64,000 nt of DNA from Euprymna scolopes (Eukaryota): NCBI GenBank assembly GCA_053919585.1, contig CM132790.1; one strand, written 5' to 3'. How positions within the stretch are numbered: the stretch's first letter is position 1; the number at the start of each line of letters is the position of its first letter. The notes beneath the pieces were generated by a model. It saw only the letters and a program-made list of their open reading frames with translations. It had not been told where the DNA came from and did not search any database. This document shows, in pieces, positions 52,998 through 64,000 of the stretch. The position numbers and the translations under genes were made by a program.

Positions 52998-53119
52998 TAA
53001 TTATTATATCAATTAGTGAATCTATTTTGCCCTTAACTCATCAGAAAAAATAGCAACAATCCATCCATCAAAAGGAGTTTTGACATAATTAAAAATCCCA
53101 AAAGTGGGAAAGAAATAGG

Positions 53120-53183
<64 letters not shown>

Positions 53184-53625
53184 ATATAGATATCTCGATG
53201 TATAAGTGTTCCTATGTCTCTCTGTCTAAATAATACTGCATCTATTTGCATTTTATCTACTAAATGTTCGACCTATTTTGTTCAACCGTTGTTTTATGTT
53301 TTGCTATATTTTTTCTACCCCGTCTCTAATTTTTATCATTGCCGCAGACCAATTTTACTATACTGCGCAAAAAATATTAGGACAATGTTGGCGCGTATTT
53401 TGGCGACTTTAAAGTACCTTTTACTATTGACTGAATAATATTGAACCTGAAATATTCAAATTTCAATTCAAATGTAAATTGCAGAAAGAAACCTTTTTAC
53501 GTGCTTCGCATTTTGTAATTCAACAGCACAGCGTAATTTCAAATGTGAATTCTATCTTGTAGGTTACATTTTACGGAATACGAATCAGTGCTCGTAAATA
53601 TTTCTCATCAAGTGTCTATTAAATT

Positions 53626-53682
<57 letters not shown>

Positions 53683-54299
53683 AGAGATAGAAACAGAATA
53701 AAGACACATATTCGTTCTATACATTTAAACGATATTTAACTGACAACCCCAATTATTTCTTAGTCATACTAACCTTGACAGACATTTATCATGTAAAAAT
53801 ATATTTCCTCGTGGTATTAATCGAGTTTCCGGCCCAATCTCCAGCAACATAACGTCGACATCTTTTCCCAAGTAATGCAAACAGCCGAGCCTTAATCCAG
53901 AAGCAGCCGGAAGCCGCTTCGGCCAATCAGACAAGTTTTGATGAAAGCGTGAATTTAATAACAGAAAGAACAAATTTTAAAACCGAAAATGACTTTCAAC
54001 ATATGTCAACGTGAAATCCCATACTTTCTGCATGTTGAAACAGTTTTTTAATTAATCGTCTCGCAATCTTTGCTTCTGCATATCAAGGATGTTTACGTAA
54101 CCTGCCGGAAAATATCGACGACAAATTGACCCATATTGAGTTTTAAACTGGATGAGTGCTATTATTATGGAACCTAAATTATGCATATTAATATAGAACG
54201 CACCGTAGAATTTTGCCGAGATCACCGTATTAATCATTAATGTTACACTATGACTTCCAATGCTAACCATGCACTGGTTAATACATTTTACAAAAACAC

Positions 54300-54345
<46 letters not shown>

Positions 54346-54586
54346 CTTGGGGAAGCTTAGTGCCACTCAAATTCCAGTATAAACCAATGGCCACTGCCAG
54401 CGAGAAATCAATGGTAAGAGGATGTTGCGATGATGCAAATTTATTTGTAAATGCTATCAAAGGAGGAGGAGAGAGCTGGGCTTCTGGGGAGACTTGTTGT
54501 CACTCAGCTTCCAGAGAACACCACAGGTCTCCAATCAGATCGTTTGCTGACTCGTGTGAAAGCTCCAGGTGAGCCAATAATAATAA
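54346..54586 (+). mobile_element. Probable Dong/R4 3' UTR remnants (two partial copies)
   Basis: gggga..ctt..tg.cactca..ttccag..a.acca occurs twice; flanked by (AAT)n on both sides. Confidence 0.45.
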
Positions 54587-55153
54587 ATTCCACCGTAACC
54601 AGATGCATGCGAATTATTAAATTGACGAAAAATGAGAAATGTTGTACAAAAACACATTTTCTACCATTGAAAAAATTCTAAACTTAGATTTATTATTTAT
54701 TATAAGAAATGTAATACAACTCATTTACTATTAAACAATAACCCGACACCCGACGACAATTTACTAAAAACTAGCAATGCCGTGTATGTTTTTTTAATGT
54801 CCTTTAGAGAAATATGTCTCCAAAAACAACTCGTACATCGGCATTACTAGAACCAGTGTATCTCGTTTATCTTTCTCTAACAGTTCCATCTACCAACACC
54901 TTGTAGCACATGGCACTCCCCAAAACGAATTTAGAAACATATTAATAATAAGGACACAGCCATTTTAGCCGTCTCACATTGTAATCTGCACTTCCCCAGC
55001 AGGGAAGCTCTACTCATTCTCATAGAACCACCGGCAGTCAATCAGGCTTGATATAGAATGGAGAGCACGCTTAATTGCTTTTTAACGATTTTATAGAGAT
55101 TTAATCGACTTTTTTTAAAAAGAAATTCACTAAATGCGATTTTTTAATGCATC

Positions 55154-55345
55154 ACTCGCCTGAAGACAACTCAGGGAAGTCGAAAACGTTCGCGACTATG
55201 GCAACTTTCTTTTTACACTCGAATAGAAGGTTCAAACATTGACCTGTGAAAAAAACAGTTCGACAGAAAAGCAAACATGAATTATCCCTACTGTTCAATG
55301 AAACATGCGTAAGAGAAAAATGCTGCCAAAATATACTAATATAAA
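55154..55345 (+). mobile_element. PLE-type short element (HHR plus ORF N-terminus), copy 2
   Basis: Homologous to 24585-24780; frameshifted LFNETCVREK.LPKYTNI running into (TA)n. Confidence 0.65.
55156..55195 (+). ncRNA. Hammerhead motif, first stem II pair mutated
   Basis: TCGC CTGAAGA c aACT caggga AGTc GAAA ACGT TC GCGA. Confidence 0.7.
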
Positions 55346-56601
55346 TATATATATGTGTGTGTGTGTGCGCGCGCACGCGCGTGTGTGCGCACGCGCGTGT
55401 GTGCGTGTGTGTGGAAGGGGTGGCATTAATTATGAACGCTTCTACAATGTCGGTTTATTTTTCAGCATTTCACTTGCTATTTTTTTGGTCCTTGAGTTTT
55501 CCATCACGTTTGTGGTCAACTGTCAATAAAGCTCAACCAACGCATTTATTTCTATTGCAAAATCATAGCCTGCAATGACATAACGTATGTTTCATTCGAA
55601 TCTTCATCACAACCATATTGTTTATCTCTAAAATCAATAATTGTAAAGGGCTTTTTTTTTATCTTCATTGATCTTCGCGCAAAGGGTATCTTTTCCGGAA
55701 GGGCGACCGCATACACATTCATTCTTTTTTTCTTTCTATATTCTCCCATTTCCCAATTATTCCTTTTCGCGTTTCCTACATGATTATAGCATTCTCTTCC
55801 CGTTTTCATTCTTGAACACCGCCAATTATTTTATTTCGTTCTCCTGCACCTATATTTCTTCTCTCTATCTCTCTATCTCTCTTTCTCTCTCTCTATCTTT
55901 TTCTCTTTCTCTCTCCCTTTCTCTTTCTCTCTCTCTAGTATTTTAGCCATTTTCTTTCCTCTTGCAATATTCCCTTATTCCTACATCTACTTCTCTCTGT
56001 CTCTCTCTCTATCTATTTCTCTCACCCTCTCTCTCTCTCTGTCTCTCTAGTATTCCAGTCATTTTATTCCCTCTTGCAATATTCCCTTCTTCCTTTATCT
56101 ACTTCAAATTTTCTTATCTCATTCGATTCGTTTTCTCTTTACACGCTTCATTTTTGTTTTATTTATTACCGATTCATTTCTTCACTGATCCAGCACTTTT
56201 TTTCTGCTTGTGAAACTACTATTCAGTTCGTTTTGTCATTCAATTAATATTTTCCTTCTCTTTCTTTTTATCCTCATTATAAACCCCATACGCATATTGT
56301 CTTGTCTTTTCCTTGCTCGTACACCCTTTATTTACTTGACTACTCTCTCTCCTTTTCGTTGTTTTATATACTTCTCTTAGAAAGTTAGCCATATCACTTC
56401 ATCAGACGAAAAAAAAAAGAATTGATATTTTTTATGTGTAATCCTTGAATTAGAACTCCATTGAAACATATATGCACATATAGGCAATACTGCTTGTATA
56501 ATAAAAAGACTATATACCAGCTCTGTCCTTCCTCCACTGTGCAATCTTTAATAATCACGCGAGTTTTATTGGATTTAAATCTAGCAAATCAATCGATACA
56601 A

Positions 56602-56666
<65 letters not shown>

Positions 56667-57123
56667 TGTGTACGCAAAACCAAGACTTCAAAAAAGGTGT
56701 TGATGGCAACAAAAAGTGTATTTCATTTTACGTTACAATTGTTTCCATGCCCAGTACATAATTTCAAACATTTTATCGTTTGAAAACTTTCAAAAACCAG
56801 CATTTCTTCAGACTTTATGAATAAAAACACTTTTGACAATAGAGCATTTTTGAAGAAAAAGAAAAAGAAAGAAAACAGGAGAAATTCCCTTAACGGAAAA
56901 AGCATGTGAGAAATATTTTCCTTTGCGGTAACTACGGAAAAGCCCATTTAAATATTAATATATCACCTAATTTTCGTATCCTTATTTAAGAGCAGAGTTA
57001 TGAGAAGTTTCCACAGAAAAACATTTACCCATTTTTTTAACTTAAAACTTTTTGGTATATGAAAATTTACTGGATTACACGAACTCAGTATATTACATAC
57101 AAATTTATCTATCTATCTATCTA

Positions 57124-57172
<49 letters not shown>

Positions 57173-57256
57173 CGTTTTATATACGTTTGAAGCCAAAACA
57201 TCGCATTATAACAAAATAAACAGACATTTATTTTGTTTGAAATTTATATTGAAATT

Positions 57257-57295
57257 CATAAATATATTTCGAAGGAAACCTTCATCTTCAGTATG
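57257..57295 (-). ncRNA. Minimal type I hammerhead ribozyme
   Basis: Reverse complement: CATA CTGAAGA t GAAGG ttt CCTTC GAAA TATA TT TATG. Confidence 0.8.
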
Positions 57296-57565
57296 TGTTT
57301 CTTTCTTTTGATTTTTATTTTGCCATGTTTTTGTTAGAGCTGAGAATCGGCAAGTAGAAGTCCGTTTGTTGTTTTTACGATAGTTTGTCAAATCTCGGAG
57401 CGGTGCGTTTGGTCACGCGGGATTCCCGTTAAGATTTTTGTTCCTTAGAAGCGCTGGTTGCGCTTGAATAAAATAAAATGCGTATTGTATACGGTTGTAG
57501 CCAAAACAATGCATTATTACAAAATAAGCATACATTTATTTTGTTTGAAAATTCATATTGAAATT

Positions 57566-57604
57566 CATAAATATATTTCGAAGGAAAACTTCATCTTCAG
57601 TATG
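57566..57604 (-). ncRNA. Minimal type I hammerhead ribozyme
   Basis: Reverse complement: CATA CTGAAGA t GAAG ttttc CTTC GAAA TATA TT TATG. Confidence 0.75.
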
Positions 57605-57667
57605 TCTTTTTTTTTCCTTTTTTTATGCAATGTTGTTGTTGGAGCAGAGAAAGAAAAAGAAAAAAGA

Positions 57668-57707
57668 CATACTGAATATAGAAGGTTTCCTTCAAAATAT
57701 ATGTACG
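57668..57707 (+). ncRNA. Degenerate hammerhead (inverted copy)
   Basis: cata CTGAATA ta GAAGG ttt CCTTC AAAA tata tg tacg; G8 and G12 lost. Confidence 0.55.
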
Positions 57708-57975
57708 AATTTCAATATAAATTTCACACAAAATAAATATCTGTTTATTTTGTAATAATGCATTGTTTTGGCTTCAAACGTATATAATACGTATATTATT
57801 TTATTCAAACTCAACCAGCCCTTCTANNNNNNNNNNNNNNNNNNNNNNNNNNNNNNNNNNNNNNNNNNNNNNNNNNNNNNNNNNNNNNNNNNNNNNNNNN
57901 NNNNNNNNNNNNNNNNNNNNNNNNNNNNNNNNNNNNNNNNNNNNNNNNNNNNNNNNNNNNNNNNNNNNNNNNNNN

Positions 57976-60396
57976 AGAACTATCTTTCTTTGATAAACTC
58001 CGTTTTTCCAAGTTTTTATCCAATGGCGACAATTGTACCCTCAATAAATATACTTCTTCTTATGATAAATATTTAAAAAAATGTAATTACTAAGAAGTTT
58101 GGGATTAGAACAAATTCGGATAAACATATATTTAATTATTCTTCTTATGTTTTGTCCAATACGGAAGAATTTGTTTTATCTGCTGGCTTACAATTTTGCA
58201 TTCCTCCCCTTTATGTTGATAAAATTTACATATTTAGTGAAATTGAATTATTATATACTCAATTAAAACAACATTCGCCTATCTCCACTGATTAATTAAC
58301 TAGTGTTAAAATTCAGTTGGGCGAATTAGGTTGGAGGTTTTCTGCCATAAACCCTAAATCTAGTTATTTTGTTTGGCAGAAAAATCATTTTGAAGCGGCA
58401 AAATTAATTAGGTCTAATTCCGACATTTATCTTACTCGCCCAGATAAAGGATCGAGCGTTGTTATACTTAACAAAACGGATTATATCTCCAAAATGTTAC
58501 AAATTTTGGACGATAAAAATAAATTTCTCTGGTTGGGTGATTTAAGCCATGATGACACTTTTCGAATGGAAATAAAAATCCAGAAAAGATTTCTTCAACT
58601 TTATAAAAGCGGGTTTATTTCTTAGGAGATTTACGATAGAATCCGACCCATTGGCTCTCAAAGGCCTAGAATGTACGGTTTACCCACGGTTCATAAACCT
58701 AACATTCCTTTGCGACCCATTTTATCTATGTTGGGTTCTGCACAACACGAACTTGGGAAATGGTTAGTTGATCTTCTTAAACCTGTGCTTTCTTTTTATT
58801 CGGTCCATTGTATCTCTGATTCTTTTCAATTTGTGCCTCATATACACAAATTATCTTTATCTAAGAATACCGAGTTCTTGGCTTCCTTTGACATTAATAG
58901 TCTTTTTACTAATATACCTTTGGATGGAACCATTGGTATGTGTGTTGACTATCTATATCGTGGCCCCTCAAAATCTCCACAATTTTCTGAACGAATTTTC
59001 GTTGAACTGATGGAACTTGCCACTAAATCAGTTTCCTTCAGTTTTAACATTATGTACCGGCAAACTGATGGGATATCTATTGGTAGCCCTCTTGGTCCTT
59101 CGCTAGCCAACATTTTCGTTGGATTTTTGGAAAACGAATTATTTTCCAAAATTACTAAACCAACATTCTATACACGCTACGTTGATGACACTTTTGCATG
59201 CTTTCCCTCACGTAGTGAAGCTGAACAGTTTCTTCGTCTTCTTTGTAACTTGCATCCATCGTTACAATTTACTATGGAGGTCGAGGATTGTGGCTCTCTT
59301 CCATTCCTCGATGTTCGCGTTTCTAAAGTTGGTTCTACGTTTAAGACCTCTGTATACAGAAAACCTACATTTACAGGGCTCTATCTTAATTGGTTTTCCT
59401 TTGCCCCTCAGTCTAGAAAAATAAACCTCATTAGCGCACTTACACATTGTGCACTCATGATTTGTTCACCAAACCGTCTTGATACGGAACTTGGTGAAAT
59501 CACAAATATTTTTCTCAGCAATGGATATCCCATAAATATAATAAAAACTACTATTGAACGTAAAATTGCTACATTTAATAGTGTTAAACGTATTGGTCCC
59601 TCACGTTGTCCTATTTATTTAAAATTACCATGGTTAGGTCCTGTTGGCCTTCATATTGTTGAAAGGATTTCTTCTGCTACTCAACGTTGTTTTCCAGCTA
59701 CTATGCTTAGAGTAGTTTACACAACTCGAACCCTTTTCTCTTCTTTTCGTAAAGATGTTTTGCCAACCATTCAAAAGAATTCTGTTGTTTATAAATTTGT
59801 TTGTCAGTGTGGAGCTGACTACGTTGGCAAGACATCCCAAAGATTGGAAATGAGAATATCCCAACATATCCCTCGGGGTATTCGATTACAGCAGGTCTCG
59901 AGAACATCCGGGCACTCCCAAGGTTATGAGTCCGCCATCGGTAATCACCTGATTAGTATAAATAGGTGTTCTGACCAATATTCCGATGCGCGGTTTTCTG
60001 TTTTATACAGTGCTAGGTCGAACTATCATCTCAATATCATTGAGGTGTTAGTCATTAATAACTCTCGACCTAGCCTGTGTAGACAAAAGATTTTGAAACA
60101 TCAGTTGGAAATATTTACTGATTTAAAACCACCTGAACAGTGAGAATTATATATATATATTTTTTTTCTCTCACTGGTTTTCCAACTAAAACCAATTTCC
60201 CTCTTTTCTCATTCGATTCTTAGCTTTTGATTTATCATTCTGACGTTTCCTCTTAGAGGGTACGACGATAAGTCCTTAAGGAAATTTTAACAATTCCACC
60301 TGCCCGTTTTTTTTTTGTTTCTTTGATCTTTTTGATTTAAATTAAACTATGTTTCCTCTGAAATTTCTCCTTCCATTTTGCTGTACCAAGAATTTA

Positions 60397-60400
<4 letters not shown>
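57976..60400 (+). mobile_element. Near-complete Penelope-like retroelement
   Basis: RT and GIY-YIG in one frame; 5' end lies in an N-gap; 3' UTR runs into (TA)n. Confidence 0.93.
58080..60143 (+). pseudogene. PLE reverse transcriptase / GIY-YIG endonuclease ORF with two in-frame stops (58293, 58623)
   Basis: NYSSYVLS..VLSAGLQFCIPP, RPDKGSSVVIL, YGLPTVHKP..PLRPILS, SFDINSLFTNIP, GSPLGP, RYVDD, LPFLDV, VYRKPT, VVYKFVCQCGADYVGKT. Confidence 0.92.
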
Positions 60401-60485
<85 letters not shown>

Positions 60486-60489
60486 CTGC

Positions 60490-60840
60490 CTTTTTAACCC
60501 AAACAAGACACAGTGCCACTTAAATGTAGGGGGCCTACTATCTGGGACATAATTTGCACGGATACTCTGTAGGGAGTTGAGCAGCATGGTGCTTGTTTAC
60601 ATTACACATGAAAATCTGCATGTTAGTACGGTCAGGGACGCAGGGACCCGGGATGGTCCTCCAAAGTTTACCTAGTTGGAGGAGGGAAACTATTTGTAGT
60701 AGAAGGTTTTCCGGCAACTATGGATGTAGAGGTAATACTTTTCGGTTTAGTCGGGGATAATTACGTCGAGAGGGTACAAGGTTTGGGGTTTCGTTGAAAT
60801 ACTCGTAAATTAACACAGCGATGCAACATTTTATCGATGA
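60490..60840 (-). mobile_element. LINE family B 3' fragment
   Basis: Reverse complement gatagtaggccccctacatttaagtggcactgtgtcttgtttgg matches 39932-39975. Confidence 0.75.
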
Positions 60841-61042
60841 GACAGAGATTGGGGTTTGGTTATATTCATTTATTTATTTTTTTTTTTCATTATTTCCTTC
60901 CTCTGTCACCTTTTTCTGTCATTCTCCTTCCACGTTTAAATGTCCTTTCTGATCTTTTCTCTCTTTCGCCTCGTTTACTCTTTATATTCTTAATACTGCA
61001 TGACACCTTAACTTCATTATTGCATCTACTATTCTTTCTTGG

Positions 61043-63173
61043 TTATAGTACTACGCTTATAGTACTACGCCATTTTATTTTTCTTATAGTACTACTTATA
61101 GTACTATGCTTATAGTACTACGTCATTTTATTTTTCTTATAGTACTACTTATTATAGTACTACGTCATTTTATTTTTCTTATAGTACTACTCATTATAGT
61201 ACTACGCTTATAGTACTACGTCATTTTATTTTTCTTATAGTACTACTTATTATAGTACTACGCAATTTTATTTTTCTTATAGTACTACTTATTATAGTAC
61301 TACGCTTATAGTACTACGTCATTTTATTTTTCTTATAGTACTACTTATTATAGTACTACGGTTATAGTACTACGTCATTTTATTTTTCTTATAGTACTAC
61401 TTATTATAGTACGACGTCATTTTATTTTTCTTATAGTACTACTTATAGTACTACGTCATTTTATTTTTCTTATAGTACTACTTATAGTACTACGCTTATA
61501 GTACTACGTCATTTTATTTTTCTTATAGTACTACTCATTATAGTACTACGCTTATAGTACTACGTCATTTTATTTTTCTTATAGTACTACTTATAGTACT
61601 ACGCTTACAGTACTACGTCATTTTATTTTTCTTATAGTACTACTTATTATAGTACTACGCTTATAGTACTACGTCATTTTATTTTTCTTATAGTACTACT
61701 TATTATAGTACTACGGTTATAGTACTACGTCATTTTATTTTTCTTATAGTACTACTTATTATAGTACGACGTCATTTTATTTTTCTTATAGTACTACTTA
61801 TAGTACTACGTCATTTTATTTTTCTTATAGTACTACTTATAGTACTACGCTTATAGTACTACGTCATTTTATTTTTCTTATAGTACTACTCATTATAGTA
61901 CTACGCTTATAGTACTACGTCATTTTATTTTTCTTATAGTACTACTCATTATAGTACTACGCTTATAGTACTACGTCATTTTATTTTTCTTATAGTACTA
62001 CTTATAGTACTACGCTTACAGTACTACGTCATTTTATTTTTCTTATAGTACTACTTATTATAGTACTACGCTTATAGTACTACGTCATTTTATTTTTCTT
62101 ATAGTACTACTTATTATAGTACTACGGTTATAGTACTACGTCATTTTATTTTTCTTATAGTACTACTTATTATAGTACGACGTCATTTTATTTTTCTTAT
62201 AGTACTACTTATAGTACTACGTCATTTTATTTTTCTTATAGTACTACTTATAGTACTACGCTTACAGTACTACGTCATTTTATTTTTCTTATAGTACTAC
62301 TTATTATAGTACTACGCTTATAGTACTACGTCATTTTATTTTTCTTATAGTACTACTTATTATAGTACTACGGTTATAGTACTACGTCATTTTATTTTTC
62401 TTATAGTACTACTTATTATAGTACGACGTCATTTTATTTTTCTTATAGTACTACTTATAGTACTACGTCATTTTATTTTTCTTATAGTACTACTTATAGT
62501 ACTACGCTTATAGTACTACGTCATTTTATTTTTCTTATAGTACTACTCATTATAGTACTACGCTTACAGTACTACGTCATTTTATTTTTCTTATAGTACT
62601 ACTTATTATAGTACTACGCTTATAGTACTACGTCATTTTATTTTTCTTATAGTACTACTTATTATAGTACTACGGTTATAGTACTACGCAATTTTATTTT
62701 TCTTATAGTACTACTTATAGTACTACGTCATTTTATTTTTCTTATAGTACTACTCATTATAGTACTACGCTTATAGTACTACGTCATTTTATTTTTCTTA
62801 TAGTACTACTTATTATAGTACTACGTCATTTTATTTTTCTTATAGAACTACTTATTATAGTACTACGTCATTTTATTTTTCTTATGGTACTACTCATTAT
62901 AGTACTACGCTTATAGTACTACGTCATTTTATTTTCTTATAGTACTACTTATTATAGTACTATGTGATTTTATTTTTCTTATAGTACTACTTATTATAGT
63001 ATTATGTGATTTTATTTTTCTTATAGTACTACTTATTATAGTACTATGCTTATAGTACTATGTCATTTTATTTTTCTTATAGTACTACTTATAGTACTAC
63101 GTCATTTTATTTTTCTTATAGTACTACTTATTATACTACTACGCTTATAGTACTACGTCATTTTATTTTTCTT
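61043..63173. repeat. Modular satellite built on ttatagtactac
   Basis: 12-bp core with linkers giving 12, 14, 15 and 27-bp units. Confidence 0.97.
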
Positions 63174-63653
63174 CTCTTTTTTTCCTTTTCCGATTATACC
63201 ACCCTCTCTTTATAACCTTGTTTCTTTTAATTCATTCACCTAATATATTCTATCTTCTTTTAGTTATATCTTTTCATTATTCACAATTCTTACCTCCCTT
63301 TGCTTTTTATTACACTTTCATTTCTTTATTTACCTAATATTCTTTCTTTTGCTTATATAATCTTTCCTTCTCTCTTTCTCATTTCTTCCTCATCTATTAA
63401 TTTTCTTTTCTTCTTCTTTGGATTTTTATATCACCGTTCAGTATATCATCATTCCCTTTCTCTTTATTCCATCCTATTTTTCTCGACCATTCTCTCTTTC
63501 TGTAAGATCATTCCGTTTTTATTTTACTATTTCTACTTCGCACTTTCGTGCAGTTTTCTTTCTTATTTATCTGTTTTTTTTTTCATCTCAAGATTTTCTT
63601 TCTTTTAATTCTATCGTTCCATTTTCTTCTTTACTCTACCCTTATATATCGTA

Positions 63654-63920
63654 CTAGCCTGGGTGCCCGGCGTTGCCCGAGTGTTTGCACTTGTGTGTTG
63701 AGAAAAAAATAAGAAGTGGTAGTAGGCAGGTAGGCTCGAGCCCGTACCTCGAAGGAGACAAAAAAAACGAGAACAACCTGACATTTTTTGCTGTTGCGTC
63801 TATCGTCCAACTGGAATTGACGTCGGTTTAAATTAAAGCTAGACAATCGACAAAAGGGGATGTCTTTCGAAAATATTGGCGAAAAAAAGCGACCCTTCCC
63901 TCCCTGTAGAAATGTCCCCA
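63654..63920 (-). mobile_element. Helitron-like 3' portion (same family as 18340-18523)
   Basis: actagcctgggtgcccggcgttgcccgag: terminal hairpin plus CTAG. Confidence 0.65.
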
Positions 63921-64000
63921 ATTAAAGGTGAAGGAAATAATATTTTTGGCCAATTTTTCGATATTTGTCGTCCAAAGGGTCGAGGCACAATATGATACCG

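Larger units (their letters stand above)
57168..57808. repeat. Three ~140-bp HHR-bearing units (minus, minus, plus); probable PLE pseudo-LTRs
   Basis: 57168-57300 and 57466-57612 are direct copies; 57660-57808 is inverted. Confidence 0.8.

Noticed and set aside
60237-60287. Minus-strand GAAACGTC HHR-like motif in the PLE 3' UTR
   Set aside because: CTGANGA box absent (cttaagga) and stem II offset
30-60552. Many short ORFs containing YIYI, SLSL, THTH, poly-N/K/D or X runs
   Set aside because: Translations of microsatellites or N-gaps
61043-63173. CRISPR-like repeat/spacer appearance
   Set aside because: Linkers are few, short and reused, not unique spacers; no cas genes; eukaryotic context

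Overview
AT-rich metazoan genomic DNA with six N-gaps and many (TA)n tracts. It is almost entirely transposon-derived; the repeat set recalls coleoid cephalopods, but that is an unverified impression. No host gene is confidently identified; there is one weak first-exon candidate at ~53.8 kb. Contents: a nearly intact Penelope-like element (PLE; RT + GIY-YIG, 58.0-60.1 kb) and several other PLE fragments; two families of decayed CR1/Jockey-group LINEs; Dong/R4 and RTE-like fragments; mariner, Tc1 and Tigger relics and MITEs; non-autonomous Helitrons; a 5S rRNA-derived sequence; several satellites. The main signal missed by the ORF track is about 10 minimal type I hammerhead ribozyme (HHR) motifs in about 6 sequence families, on both strands. 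Most have a palindromic stem III, two sets are inverted pairs, and one is fused to a tRNA-like SINE head. Also notable: a PLE GIY-YIG motif split by ~130 low-complexity codons, a TSD-flanked highly structured GC-rich insert, and near-perfect palindromes at rearrangement junctions. All calls were made by eye; element boundaries are approximate.
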